NCBI GenBank assembly: GCA_016201275.1
Contig: JACQDB010000020.1
Span: 1,443-65,442, forward strand
DNA: 64,000 nt
Direction of reading: 5' to 3'
Origin: Acidobacteriota bacterium
GTDB taxonomy: Bacteria > Acidobacteriota > Blastocatellia > UBA7656
The position numbers were made by a program, and so were the translations under genes. The notes under the pieces were generated by a model. It was not told the DNA's origin and ran no database searches. It saw only the letters and a program-made list of their open reading frames with translations. Position 1 is the stretch's first letter. Every line of letters starts with the position of its first letter. Below are positions 1 to 10,290 of the stretch, in pieces.

Positions 1-1030
1 GTTTCGCTGCTTCGATGGATGGCGCAGAAAATTTCTCTGCGGCCTTGTACTCCATCGTCTTGTAGTCCAGCACTTGAAATTCTGTCTTGCCGCCTTCGCC
101 TCTGGTCTTTTTATAAAAACCCTGTCCGGCTTTGTTGCCCGTCCAGCCGCGCTTCACCAGGTCGCGCAGGAAATCAGGCGCTTGCAAAGCTTCGCGGCGT
201 TCGTCATTCGGCACGGCTTTGTAGAGATTGTCTGCAACGTAGAGCGACACGTCCAAGCCGACAATATCCGTAGTTCTGAAGCTCGCGGATTTCGGGCGAC
301 CGATGAGCGGCCCGGTCATCGCATCAACTTCTTCAACCGTGTAGTCACCTTCAAGCATGACGTTGATGGTGTTCAATGAACTGAAGGTAGCGATGCGATT
401 GGCTATGAAGTTCGGCGTGTCTTTGGCAAACACTACACCTTTGCCCAAGCGTTTGTCACAGAAATCAGCGATGAAATTTACGACTTCGTTTTTGGTGTCC
501 GGCGTGGCAATCACTTCGAGAAGTTTCAAGTAACGTGGCGGATTGAAAAAGTGTGTGCCTAAAAAGTGCGCTCGAAAATCATCGGAGCGGCCTTCGCTCA
601 TCGCTGTGATCGAAATGCCGGAGGTGTTTGAACTGACGATAGCGCCGGGTTTGCGAACCCTTTCCAATTTCTCAAACAGGCCGCGCTTGATGTCCAGATT
701 TTCGATTACCGCTTCGATAAGCCAATCGGCTTTGCCAGCTTTTTCAAGGTCATCGTCAAAATTTCCAGTGGTTATTAAGCCGACCAACGATGGAGAAAAA
801 AAGGCGGCGGGTTTGATCTTTTTTGCTGCTTCGAGTCCGGCATTGGCGAGGCGGTTGCGTACCGGCCTGCTGTCAAGCGTCAAGCCTTTGGCCTCTTCAT
901 CTTTGGTCAAAGTTTTCGGCGCAATGTCTAACAGCAAAACTTCTATGCCGGCGTTTGCCAGATGCGCGGCGATCTGCGCCCCCATAGTCCCAGCGCCCAG
1001 CACCGCCGCTTTTTCAATCTTATAGCTCAC
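1..1030 (-). CDS. fadN: 3-hydroxyacyl-CoA dehydrogenase/enoyl-CoA hydratase (FadN-like), runs off the window start
   Basis: Absent from the ORF track; translated by hand from GTG at 1030 behind a GGAGG RBS: MSYKIEKAAVLGAGTMGAQIAAHLANAG (GxGxMG Rossmann motif). Later SNTSG and HFFNPPRY motifs. Confidence 0.9.
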   Translation of the reverse strand, partial: MSYKIEKAAVLGAGTMGAQIAAHLANAGIEVLLLDIAPKTLTKDEEAKGLTLDSRPVRNRLANAGLEAAKKIKPAAFFSPSLVGLITTGNFDDDLEKAGKADWLIEAVIENLDIKRGLFEKLERVRKPGAIVSSNTSGISITAMSEGRSDDFRAHFLGTHFFNPPRYLKLLEVIATPDTKNEVVNFIADFCDKRLGKGVVFAKDTPNFIANRIATFSSLNTINVMLEGDYTVEEVDAMTGPLIGRPKSASFRTTDIVGLDVSLYVADNLYKAVPNDERREALQAPDFLRDLVKRGWTGNKAGQGFYKKTRGEGGKTEFQVLDYKTMEYKAAEKFSAPSIEAAK

Positions 1031-1093
1031 CTTTTCTTCCTCCGTGTTGAATGCCTTGAAAAAATCGTCTGAGAAAAGCGGGAAGAAATATCA

Positions 1094-1154
1094 TATCGTT
1101 GAGAAGCGGTCTCGAACCGCTAGGCTGGCGATCAGAGACCGCTTCTCAACGATA
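1094..1154. repeat. REP-like palindrome with perfect 20-bp inverted arms
   Basis: TATCGTTGAGAAGCGGTCTC...GAGACCGCTTCTCAACGATA; related palindromes at 4487-4517 and inside both MITE copies (about 10340-10391 and 46612-46662). Confidence 0.8.
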
Positions 1155-1225
1155 AATATAAAATTTTATTTTCTTCCCCTTCCTTAACTATAGGCGTTAA
1201 GAAAAAGTTTTCTTCTGAAACGACC

Positions 1226-1310
1226 TGTACGGGCGACCCTGCGGTGGTTGCCCCTTGGTGAAATCCCTTGGCTTTGGAGAAGGGGCGACCCTGCGGTGGT
1301 CGCCCGTACA
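1226..1310. repeat. REP doublet (REPIN-like) with GTAC-GGGCGACC arms
   Basis: TGTACGGGCGACC...GGTCGCCCGTACA with two internal GGGCGACCCTGCGGTGGT units; related copy at 46124-46170. Confidence 0.7.
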
Positions 1311-1357
1311 AGGCTGCGGTTGATTTCTCCAGAAAAACATTTTCGTAAAAGCTAACT

Positions 1358-1720
1358 TTATATTTCGTTGTAATGAGACACCGACCGATAAGCTTTGCCC
1401 TCTTCATTCAAGAAGAAGACCTCTGCCGATAACTTCCCTAACACCGCTTTGTAATAAATCGTGATGCTCTCCATGCTCGACAGCACCTCTATGAGTTCAA
1501 AATGCAAATCCGGCAAACGCGACAACCCTAATGCCCAAAACTCTCTCACCTGGTCCTTGCCTTGCAATCTTCCCGAAGGTTCATTCATCGCTCGGACTAT
1601 GAACGGCGTGGTCAATTCAATGTCATCCGTGTAGTGACTCAAAATTTTTTCCAGGTCGTGCGCGTTCCATGCTGCAACCCATTCTTGAGCAAATTGTCTG
1701 GCCTCAACTGTGGTAATCAA
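1358..1720 (-). CDS. SnoaL-like / NTF2-fold protein
   Basis: FAQEWVAAWNAHDLEKILSHY and PDLHFE motifs, 120 aa. Confidence 0.85.
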   Translation of the reverse strand: MITTVEARQFAQEWVAAWNAHDLEKILSHYTDDIELTTPFIVRAMNEPSGRLQGKDQVREFWALGLSRLPDLHFELIEVLSSMESITIYYKAVLGKLSAEVFFLNEEGKAYRSVSHYNEI

Positions 1721-1741
1721 ACTCCACCTCCGTACTTTGAT

Positions 1742-3565
1742 TTACACTGCGACCATTCGTTCGCCGGTTTCGGCATACAACTTGTCAATCACCTCGGCAT
1801 ACTTGGTCTCAATAATTTTTCGACGCGGTTTCAGAGTCGGCGTCAACTCGCCCGATTCGGCGGTCATCTCTTTACTCAGCAGAGCGATTTTTTTGATGCG
1901 TTCGTACTTCGCTGTCTCTTGCGTGAATTTGTCAATCTGGCGCTGTAGCAAATCTATAATCTTCGCATTGCTCAATAACTCATCGTCGCTGCCATAGCGT
2001 ATGCCTTTCATCTCGGCATAGCTTTTGACCAGTTCCAGATTCGGCACAATCAAGGCCGCGACGAATTTGCGATTGTTGCCGATGACGACGACCTGAGAAA
2101 CGAAGCGGCTCGATTTGATTAAACTTTCGAGCGGTTGCGGCGCGACATATTTGCCGCCGCTGGTCTTCAACAAATCTTTCTTGCGGTCGGTGATGGATAA
2201 AAAGCCATCGTCATCGAATTGCCCTATATCGCCGGTGCGAAACCAGCCGTCTTCGGTAAACGATTCCTGATTGATCTCCGGGCGATGATAATAGCCCTGC
2301 ATCACGGTTTTGCCTTTAACTAAAATTTCACCGTCTTCGGCAATCTTGACGCTGACGCCATCAATCACGCGCCCGACCGTGCCTATGCGATTGTGCGCCT
2401 CGGTATTGCAGGTCATCGAAGGCGAAGTTTCGGTCAACCCATAGCCCTGCAAAATCAATATCCCCGCGCCGTAAAAGGCATAAGCGATTTCCGAAGCCAA
2501 CGGCGCGCCGCCGGAAATAAACGCACGCACGCGTCCGCCCATCGCCGCACGCCATTTTGTGAACACCAGCGCATCGGCAATTTTATGTTGCAGCGCGAGC
2601 CACGCGCTGATATTCAAGCCTCGGTCTTTTCTCTCCGCCCAACGCTTGCCAATGCCCAGCGACCATAGAAAAATCTGCCGCTTGGGAAAGCCTGCCGCCA
2701 AACCTTTTTCAACAATGCGTGCATAAAACTTTTCAAACATACGCGGCACACTGGTCATCACCGTCGGCTGCACTTCGGCAAGATTGGCGGCGACTGTATC
2801 AATGCTTTCGGCGTAGGCGATGACGGTGGCGCAATGCACATAGAGATACCATACGGCGCGCTCGAAGATGTGCGAAAACGGTAAGAAGGTCAACGCCACA
2901 TCCTCATATTTATCCAACGCCAACCATTCATATACATTCAAAACATTGACCGTCAAATTTTCATGCGAAAGCATCACGCCTTTCGGATCGCCTGTCGTAC
3001 CGGAGGTATAAATCAAGGTCGCCAAGGCTTCAGGCTTCACGCTTTTCCACAGGCTTTCATACAAATTCGGTTGACTCTGAAACACGACTCGCCCTTTGTC
3101 GGTCAACTCTTCCGCATTGAAGACGCTGGCAGATTTTTTTTCTTCCGCCAATGAATCGAAGGAAAAAATGAATTCCAAAGACGGCACACGCTCGCGCAAT
3201 GCCAACGCTTCATACAGAAAATCTGTGGAGATAAAAATCGCCCGCGTCTTGGCATCGTTCAAAATGTACTCGACGTTATGCCGCGATTGCGTGGTGTAGA
3301 TCGGCACATCCACTGCGCCCAGCGCCAGTATAGCTAAATCGGCGACGTTCCATTCCGGGCGATTCTCCGACCAGATGGCAATCTTGTCGCCCTGACGTAT
3401 GCCCAAATCATAAAGTCCCAACGCCAGTTCGCGCACCCGCTGCGCCATCTCGCCAAAGGTCAGCGACTGCCACTCAGCGGCTTTTTTAAAGCGCAACAAT
3501 TCCCTGTCGCGGTGGCATTCGACCGCACCGTTGAAGAGTTCGTTTAAGGTCGTTGGCTGATTCAT
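1742..3565 (-). CDS. fadD: Long-chain fatty acid-CoA ligase (FadD/FAA1-like)
   Basis: YTSGTTGDPKG, QGYGLTE, FRTGDIG, ELTPTLK motifs. Confidence 0.92.
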   Translation of the reverse strand: MNQPTTLNELFNGAVECHRDRELLRFKKAAEWQSLTFGEMAQRVRELALGLYDLGIRQGDKIAIWSENRPEWNVADLAILALGAVDVPIYTTQSRHNVEYILNDAKTRAIFISTDFLYEALALRERVPSLEFIFSFDSLAEEKKSASVFNAEELTDKGRVVFQSQPNLYESLWKSVKPEALATLIYTSGTTGDPKGVMLSHENLTVNVLNVYEWLALDKYEDVALTFLPFSHIFERAVWYLYVHCATVIAYAESIDTVAANLAEVQPTVMTSVPRMFEKFYARIVEKGLAAGFPKRQIFLWSLGIGKRWAERKDRGLNISAWLALQHKIADALVFTKWRAAMGGRVRAFISGGAPLASEIAYAFYGAGILILQGYGLTETSPSMTCNTEAHNRIGTVGRVIDGVSVKIAEDGEILVKGKTVMQGYYHRPEINQESFTEDGWFRTGDIGQFDDDGFLSITDRKKDLLKTSGGKYVAPQPLESLIKSSRFVSQVVVIGNNRKFVAALIVPNLELVKSYAEMKGIRYGSDDELLSNAKIIDLLQRQIDKFTQETAKYERIKKIALLSKEMTAESGELTPTLKPRRKIIETKYAEVIDKLYAETGERMVAV

Positions 3566-3568
3566 GAT

Positions 3569-3638
3569 TAGTCCGTAGTCAGTAGTCCTTAGTCCGTAGT
3601 CGTCAGCATTGAACTTTTATGCTAAGGACTACTGACTA
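3569..3638. repeat. Heptamer tandem repeat (TAGTCNN x5) with a 17-bp inverted copy
   Basis: TAGTCCG TAGTCAG TAGTCCT TAGTCCG TAGTCG; CTAAGGACTACTGACTA at 3622-3638 is the reverse complement of 3576-3592. Confidence 0.8.
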
Positions 3639-4247
3639 GCGGCGCGTGACGCCGTTCAAAAACACATCAATCACCGGTTCAGCGGTTGAAATCAAGCTAT
3701 AGCGTTTGTGCGCCAGCACCCAGTTGGTCACCATTTCGTCGAGCGCGCCGAACAAAATCTTGGCGACAATTCTGGTTTTCAACTCTTTGCGAAAGAGGCC
3801 ACGGCGCTGGCCTTCTTCGATGACGCCGCCAATCAAATCCAGATACTCGGTGACTTTGGTAGCCGAAAACTGTTCCATAAATTTTATCGAAGAGCGCAAC
3901 TCGACTTGAAAGACGATGGCCAGGTCGCGATCACGGGCGTACATTTCCAGATGGCCTTCAACTAGGCGACGCAACTTTTCCGCCGGGTCATCCAATTCCG
4001 CCAGCACCGTGCGCGCCTGGGTCAGCGCCTGCTCGGTAACGTGGTTGAATATCGAAACCAGTATATCGTCTTTGTTTTTGAAATAGAGATAGACCGTGCC
4101 ATCGGCGACCCCCGCTTCTCTGGCCACATCGGCGACCTTGGAATAGAAGAAGCCGCCTTTGGCAAACACCTTAATGGCAGCGCGCAGGATGGCTTCGTAC
4201 TTGCCGTTGGTCTTCTCTTTCGTTGCTGCTTTTTTTAATGATGACAT
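3636..4247 (-). CDS. TetR-family regulator of fatty-acid degradation (Bacillus-type FadR/YsiA-like)
   Basis: TetR HTH (VADVAREAGVADGTVYLYFKNKDDIL), LAIVFQVELR motif, first gene of the fad operon; start moved to MSSLKK. Confidence 0.88.
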   Translation of the reverse strand: MSSLKKAATKEKTNGKYEAILRAAIKVFAKGGFFYSKVADVAREAGVADGTVYLYFKNKDDILVSIFNHVTEQALTQARTVLAELDDPAEKLRRLVEGHLEMYARDRDLAIVFQVELRSSIKFMEQFSATKVTEYLDLIGGVIEEGQRRGLFRKELKTRIVAKILFGALDEMVTNWVLAHKRYSLISTAEPVIDVFLNGVTRR

Positions 4248-4258
4248 AATATAAAAAA

Positions 4259-4278
4259 ATGAATGATGGTTCATTCAT
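4259..4278. promoter_or_regulatory. FadR-box-like operator
   Basis: ATGAATGA-TGGT-TCATTCAT, perfect 8-bp arms 11 bp upstream of the TetR start; matches the Bacillus FadR box pattern TGAATGA-N4-TCATTCA. Confidence 0.75.
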
Positions 4279-4556
4279 CACCTGACGATTCAGTTTTACG
4301 CTAGATAGAGATTTCTTGCAAGTCGTTTTTGTTTAGGTGGTGGGGCAAAGGGGTGAGCGGTTCAGCGTACAAGCTTCAGCTTGCCTTTCTAAAGCTGCAA
4401 CCTAAAGAGTGAATGCTAAACCTGATATTTTCCGACTGACCCGCTAACTTTATAGCGAATTTCATTTGCCCGACCTACGACACCTGGTTGAGAGGCGGTC
4501 GGTGACCGCCCCTCAACTCATCGCCCACCTCGGCAAGCTGCTATAAACCTACTTCG

Positions 4557-5303
4557 TTACGAGCGCTGCCAATATATCCCCGTCCAATCAATCTGTCTGA
4601 TCTCATTGCTTATGCCCTGTGTCTTTCTGTAGTCATCCACGGCTCGGCGACAATTCGGAATCGCCCCGTAATCATCCACGATTAAGTAGCCCCCGCTAGA
4701 TAGCTTTGGGTATAGATGTACTAGCGCCTCCATAGTTGATTCGTACATATCCCCGTCTAAACGTATGAGGGCTAACTGTTCGACCGGTGCGTTTGGTAAA
4801 GTATCGCGGAACCATCCTTCCAAGAATCGCACTTGGTCATCAAGCAGATCATACTTCGCGAAGTTTGATTTCACTTGGTCAAGCGGCACCGCAAGCTCTT
4901 TGAATTCATGATGGCGATCTGCTGCATCGGCTGGATACTTTTCAGAGTTCGGAGTTGGCAAGCCTTGAAAAGAGTCTGCAACCCACACGAACCGATCTTT
5001 CACAGCATAGGCTTTCAGTATGGCTCTCATAAAAATTGTTGCTCCACCACGCCACACGCCAGTCTCTATCAGGTCACCAGGAACGCCTCTGGCCAGCATT
5101 TCTTCTACGCAGAATTGCAGATTATTGAGTCGCTTCATGCCAATCATAGTGTGAGCGTAAGTGGGCCAGTCTCGCCCCTCCAACCGTTTGGCTTCATCGA
5201 ACGGCTCAAACTGTAGATTCGGTTTTTCCTCAACGTCGGCATAGATTAGACCGATAAGGCATTTTTTCATTAAGTCTAGATACAAGTCTTTAGTGCTTCG
5301 CAT
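4557..5303 (-). CDS. TylF/MycF/NovP-family O-methyltransferase
   Basis: PGDLIETGVWRGG, ADSFQGLP, LDGDMYEST, IVDDY motifs. Confidence 0.92.
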   Translation of the reverse strand: MRSTKDLYLDLMKKCLIGLIYADVEEKPNLQFEPFDEAKRLEGRDWPTYAHTMIGMKRLNNLQFCVEEMLARGVPGDLIETGVWRGGATIFMRAILKAYAVKDRFVWVADSFQGLPTPNSEKYPADAADRHHEFKELAVPLDQVKSNFAKYDLLDDQVRFLEGWFRDTLPNAPVEQLALIRLDGDMYESTMEALVHLYPKLSSGGYLIVDDYGAIPNCRRAVDDYRKTQGISNEIRQIDWTGIYWQRS

Positions 5304-5404
5304 GGCTGATAGCTTAACAGTTGCTTGCACACCCGCAAGCAACGATTTGCTTGTCTGTACAGAGCAAAACTGTAGGTCAAAGCCACTACACATAAGAGCG
5401 TAAC

Positions 5405-5506
5405 CTCTAACGCGGAATTGACGCGGCGCGTTGAAGCCAGTTCATTTCGCCTACGCAATCCATGTAAAACTCGCGTACTGCGCTCTGCCGCTTGGAAGAG
5501 TTAGAC
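5405..5506 (+). mobile_element. Degenerate attC-like site
   Basis: CTCTAAC ... GTTAGAC boxes 102 bp apart; left arm GCGGAATTGACGCGGCGCG resembles attC; right arm pairs poorly. Confidence 0.35.
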
Positions 5507-5670
5507 GGCTTCGCCAAGTTTCGTTGAGTTCATTGTTCTTGATGAGCCTGCTGACTTTGAAATGTTAATCAATTGCGCTTTCCTCGCAGCCAACCACTCA
5601 ACCAAGCTCTCACTCCCTGACTTGCACAATTTTCTGGCTCGAATGCAAAAGCCTCGGTTGATTTGCTAAG

Positions 5671-8600
5671 ATGGATGCCGCTATGCAACGCAACGATTCG
5701 GAATCCAAAGACAAGCTCAAGCAGCATTTGAAAGATGCTGCCGGTAATGCTTTTGAAAATCTATTCAATCGCATCAGCGCGCTGCCTTATGAAGGCGTGT
5801 TAATTACTACTGATTTAGGCATCACCATAGCGGCCACCAATCTGCGCGCCGCGATTGAATTTTTGAAAGCGGCTCCCGATGTGGCGCGCTTACTTGACGC
5901 CGGTGACCTGCGCGTGTGGGGCGAGGCAGGCAAACGCATAGCCACCACCAGCGCCGATGCAGCGATAGATTTTTTTCAATCCAGCGCCTCAATCATCGGC
6001 GCTTTCCCTGCCGAATTGCGTTCGTTGTTGTTGAAATTAATCAATAAACAAGCGGCGTTGTCGGCCAATACGGCGCTCGAAAGTTTCCAGAGCGCACCAA
6101 CCATCATAGAAAAAATCGCCAGCCCCGCGCTGGCCGAAAAGGTGTTGTCCATCTGCATAGAGATTGCCCGCCATTCCATCAAACACAGCAACGATTTATT
6201 GCAAGCCGCGCCGCAGATCATCGCGCAATTGCAGACCGCTTATCACAGGCAAAGCGAAAGCCTCGTCACGCGAGCGCTGGCGTTGACCGCGAATTTCGCC
6301 TATCGGTCGGGCGGCACAGCTGCAGAGTTCTTTCTGGAATTGCCGAATGTAGCGCGGCTCAGTAAACCGGAAGTTATCGAATCGCTGTTCCACATTACGG
6401 AAGAATATCTGGAGCGCTCCGGCGGCGTCGCTTTGCAATACTTCAAAGCGGCCAGTCAAGTGTTGAAAATCGCCAATGAAGAAGCCTTCAAACGCTGGAC
6501 GGCGCTGGCTCAACAAGTCTCTTTGCAAGGCAATGCGGCAAGCTATCATTTTATGAAAGCCAGTCCGCAAATCATCGCCGAGTTGGGAGCGCGGTTTCCG
6601 CCGGACAGACGCGCTCAAGTGGTCTCTGCAGTTTTGGAAATCGTCGAAGAGTTGGCCGATAAAAATATGACCGCCGCGATTGAATGCTTCAAAGCCAGCC
6701 CGCTTGCCTTGCGCGCTTCGTCCATAGGACAGTTTCGGGCGTGGGCCTTGCGCGGCTTGGAGAAGGCCGGTGAAACGACGCGCCGCCTACAGGCTTATTA
6801 CGCTCTGGAATCGAAGGCCAGTCAACAGGCGCTGTTCAAAATCGAAGGCGGTTTGACGCTCGATGCCATTTCGCAAACCTTGCGCCTGTATGTAGAAGGC
6901 TTGACGGGGCGCGCCTTGAACATCGCCGCGTTAGGAGCAATTCCCGATGAATCGAAAATCAGCGATGGCAAGACAATTTATCTGCCCTCGGTGGTCGCTG
7001 AGTTTGAAGACGAGGCGGAAAATTTTCGCCTCTTCAAAGTGCTGGCAGCGCACGGCGCGGGGCAAATTGAATTTCACACCTACGCGCAAGGCACAGAGGA
7101 TTTGCTTGCCGCGTTCAGGGAAATTCGCGCCGTCTTCGACGCCAAAAAAGCGGCAATCAATAAGGGGAATTCACCAAGTGAAGAAGTTGCTTCGTTGGAC
7201 GCCCAGGCACCAAACGAAAGTCAGCAATCAACCCTCCGCAACGCGCAAGCCGCCAACCGCAATCGCAAAATTCTCAAGCCGCAGTCGGTAGATTTCCTAC
7301 GGGTGCTGGATGAATTCCCTAATAAAGAGATCGCCATGCGCTTGTTTACGACGATTGAAAACGGGCGCATAGATTTTCTCTTGCGAAAAACGTATCGCGG
7401 CATACGCCGCGACTTGGATTTTGTACGCTTGCGTTTATTGGAACGCCGTCCGCACCTCACCGATCTGCCGCCGGAATTTGTGCCGCTCGAATTATTATTT
7501 CAAATCTCCTTGTGCGGCGGCGCAACGCTCACGGCGCGGCGCGCTTATCCAGCGGTGGTGGCGCAACTGGAAGAAATTTTTGCCGCCAATATTTTTCAAG
7601 AGAACGCAACCTTGGGCGATTCGTTAATTGCGACTCGACACATCTACGAATTGTTGGTTGAGCAGCAGGCCAACGACGCCGCCGAGAGCGAGCCGCAGGC
7701 CAACGCCGCCGAAGCAGGCGAGATGCAAAACGATGCGGCTACAGACGATGAATCTACGGCAGAGGCGACGACGCAGGAGCAGGCGGAAGTGCGGCAAGAC
7801 CCGTTCAGTTTCTGGTCTTCTAATCAAGAGCAAGAGGCATCGCCGGAAGCCGATGTCTTTAATTCGATCAGCGGCGGCGAAAGCTCTGAACAGGATTTGG
7901 AAAAAGGCGACAAGGCATTTTTTTATGACGAGTGGGACCGAGAATTGGGCGACCACCGCACGCGCTGGTGTCGCATCATCGAACGCGCCGGAACCCGTGG
8001 CTCGCGCAGTTTCGTCGAGCTAACGCGGTCGCGGCATTCGGGCGTCATTTCATCCATACGCTATCAATTTCAGTTGATGCGCCCGGAAAACTTGCGCCGC
8101 ATACGTGGCGAAGTAGATGGCGAAGATTACGATCTGCAACGAGTCATAGACAACACCATAAACAAACGCAGCACCGGAATCATTGACGAACGCTTGTACA
8201 CGCGCAAGCTTCGCCGCGAACGTGAAGTCGCAGTGTCCTTCCTTTTGGATATGTCCAGTTCGACCGCACGCACCATCAGCCGTGTGCCGAACAAACCCTA
8301 TACGCAACCCGGCCAACGCATCATTGATATTGAAAAAGAGGGCTTGGTGTTGATGAGCGAAGCGTTGGAAGCGGTGGGCGATAATTATTCCATGCAAGGG
8401 TTCACCAGCGAAGGCCGCCGCAACGTCAAGTTTTATGTGATCAAAGATTTTTCCGAAAAGTATTCGCCCGATGTGGAAAAACGACTGGGCGGCATCACCT
8501 ATCAAAACAACACCCGATTAGGCGCGGCGATTCGTCACGCCATCACCCGTTTGTCAGCCCAGGATGAGCGGACCAAATTATTGATCGTGTTGTCGGATGG

Positions 8601-8829
8601 ACGGCCTTACGATCACGATTATGGCGACAGTCGTTATGCGCGGGAAGACACCCGCATGGCTTTGCGACAGGCGCGCATCGAAGGCATCACGCCGTTTTGC
8701 ATCACCATTGACCGGGATTCCGAAGACCAGTTGAAAGATATGTACGGCGAAGTCGGCTACACGATTATTGATGACGTTTTGAATTTGCCGGAACGACTGC
8801 CCGGCATTTATCGCAGATTGACAACCTAG
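5671..8829 (+). CDS. NorD/CbbO-like vWA protein with N-terminal helical repeats
   Basis: TDG-like [46 protein letters not shown]. Confidence 0.85.
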   Translation: MDAAMQRNDSESKDKLKQHLKDAAGNAFENLFNRISALPYEGVLITTDLGITIAATNLRAAIEFLKAAPDVARLLDAGDLRVWGEAGKRIATTSADAAIDFFQSSASIIGAFPAELRSLLLKLINKQAALSANTALESFQSAPTIIEKIASPALAEKVLSICIEIARHSIKHSNDLLQAAPQIIAQLQTAYHRQSESLVTRALALTANFAYRSGGTAAEFFLELPNVARLSKPEVIESLFHITEEYLERSGGVALQYFKAASQVLKIANEEAFKRWTALAQQVSLQGNAASYHFMKASPQIIAELGARFPPDRRAQVVSAVLEIVEELADKNMTAAIECFKASPLALRASSIGQFRAWALRGLEKAGETTRRLQAYYALESKASQQALFKIEGGLTLDAISQTLRLYVEGLTGRALNIAALGAIPDESKISDGKTIYLPSVVAEFEDEAENFRLFKVLAAHGAGQIEFHTYAQGTEDLLAAFREIRAVFDAKKAAINKGNSPSEEVASLDAQAPNESQQSTLRNAQAANRNRKILKPQSVDFLRVLDEFPNKEIAMRLFTTIENGRIDFLLRKTYRGIRRDLDFVRLRLLERRPHLTDLPPEFVPLELLFQISLCGGATLTARRAYPAVVAQLEEIFAANIFQENATLGDSLIATRHIYELLVEQQANDAAESEPQANAAEAGEMQNDAATDDESTAEATTQEQAEVRQDPFSFWSSNQEQEASPEADVFNSISGGESSEQDLEKGDKAFFYDEWDRELGDHRTRWCRIIERAGTRGSRSFVELTRSRHSGVISSIRYQFQLMRPENLRRIRGEVDGEDYDLQRVIDNTINKRSTGIIDERLYTRKLRREREVAVSFLLDMSSSTARTISRVPNKPYTQPGQRIIDIEKEGLVLMSEALEAVGDNYSMQGFTSEGRRNVKFYVIKDFSEKYSPDVEKRLGGITYQNNTRLGAAIRHAITRLSAQDERTKLLIVLSDGRPYDHDYGDSRYAREDTRMALRQARIEGITPFCITIDRDSEDQLKDMYGEVGYTIIDDVLNLPERLPGIYRRLTT

Positions 8830-8927
8830 AAAGTAACGCCGACGGCGCGCTTGCGTTGCCAAGGCCTGAACCAATTCCACGCGCCAACCCGGCGTTTGCG
8901 CTACGGCTTTTCGAGGAGAAAATTTCC

Positions 8928-9467
8928 ATGCAGAAAAAAATATCCCCCATCGTCCATCGGTTAGTTGTGCTTCTGGCTATCGGCGCTTTGGTTCCCTGCT
9001 CTCCAGCACAGACGCCTTTGAAGGTTTGCCCGAACCCTGTAGCGCCGTGCAAAAGTAAGCACCGCGAGTTTTATCCTTACGATCTATCTTTCACGTTGCC
9101 AGCGAAAATCAAAGTGAATACCGATTATACCTCCGCACCGTTTTTTGCCGTGATGTTGAAGGATAAAATTCAGGTCGCCGAAAAAGAAGAATGCGATGGC
9201 GGCGAATTCCACACACGAGTCGAAAACGAACGCAAAAAAATTCAAACCCTCTTCCCGGATAAAAAAGTTTTCGCCTCGTATCAATGCCCGGATATGGGCG
9301 CGCTTTCCTATACGGTTTACGGCAAGCCGCTCAACGATAACTTCATTGCGCTTTATGCCGGCGACACTTTGGAAAAAGCCAATCAAACCTTAGCGCTGGC
9401 AAAAACCAAGTATCCGAAAGCGACGTTAAAAAAGATGCAGGTCGGCTATAACCAAATTGACCAATAA
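8928..9467 (+). CDS. Hypothetical secreted protein
   Basis: GAGGAG RBS, signal-peptide-like N-terminus, paired Cys. Confidence 0.7.
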   Translation: MQKKISPIVHRLVVLLAIGALVPCSPAQTPLKVCPNPVAPCKSKHREFYPYDLSFTLPAKIKVNTDYTSAPFFAVMLKDKIQVAEKEECDGGEFHTRVENERKKIQTLFPDKKVFASYQCPDMGALSYTVYGKPLNDNFIALYAGDTLEKANQTLALAKTKYPKATLKKMQVGYNQIDQ

Positions 9468-9507
9468 AGCGTGCCGGATAAATTCCTGATGATGGTGAAA
9501 AAATTTC

Positions 9508-10278
9508 ATGAGCGAATCAACCATCTGCAATTTTGCAGCAACGATTTGTCGAAAGCATGAAAACGCTGTCTATCGCCTAGCCCTCGAAGAAAAGCGCGGC
9601 GCGGGCAGCAACACCTACACCTATGGCGGGTTGGATTATCTATCGGATAAATTCGCCAGCACGCTTCAACAAGGCGGCGTCAAGCAAGGCGAAGTGGTTG
9701 CCGTGCGGTTGTCGCCATCGGCGGCTTTGGTCGTTGCACATCTAGGGGTATTGAAACTCGGCGCAGTGGTTGCGGCCATCCCCGTTCAGATGGAAACCAG
9801 TTTCATCAATCAAGTTCTTCAAGAGAGTCAGCCGCAAGCATTGGTTATAGATGAAGCGGAAAGCACTCGGTTGGCATCGCTGCTTGACCGTCCGAACACC
9901 GCGACCATTTTTATCGTCAGCGATTATGTCAGTAAGAATGATTTTGCCAATGGCTATAAAAATTTCTGGCGCGAAATCAATTTCGCCGATGCCGATGTTC
10001 AAATCGCCCAGACCGATGAAGCGTCCCTCGCCTACTATTTTTTTGCAGCAGATAAAAATCCGCAACTGAAAAAACTGACGGTCACACATGATGATTTACT
10101 TGCCGCTTCACAAGCAGCCGCTAGCGATGAAGATAGTTTTGGTGAGGACGAGCTTCCATTTCAAACTTCAAAGGATTGGGCGGCGATGGAGGTTTTGACT
10201 GGCGAAATCTTTCCGGTTTTATATCGTGGACAGTGCCTCTCAACAAGGGATTTTGATGTGAAAAAACTGTCACCTTAA
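9508..10278 (+). CDS. Truncated, degenerate AMP-binding (ANL) N-terminal domain protein
   Basis: TYGGLDYLSDKFA...GVKQGEVVAV...LKLGAV resembles the ANL N-terminus; P-loop and C-terminal half absent. Confidence 0.65.
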   Translation: MSESTICNFAATICRKHENAVYRLALEEKRGAGSNTYTYGGLDYLSDKFASTLQQGGVKQGEVVAVRLSPSAALVVAHLGVLKLGAVVAAIPVQMETSFINQVLQESQPQALVIDEAESTRLASLLDRPNTATIFIVSDYVSKNDFANGYKNFWREINFADADVQIAQTDEASLAYYFFAADKNPQLKKLTVTHDDLLAASQAAASDEDSFGEDELPFQTSKDWAAMEVLTGEIFPVLYRGQCLSTRDFDVKKLSP

Positions 10279-10290
10279 CACGAATGCAAC

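Noticed and set aside
19-1025. Plus-strand ORFs at the window start
   Set aside because: Antisense to the fadN reading frame, which has clear motifs.
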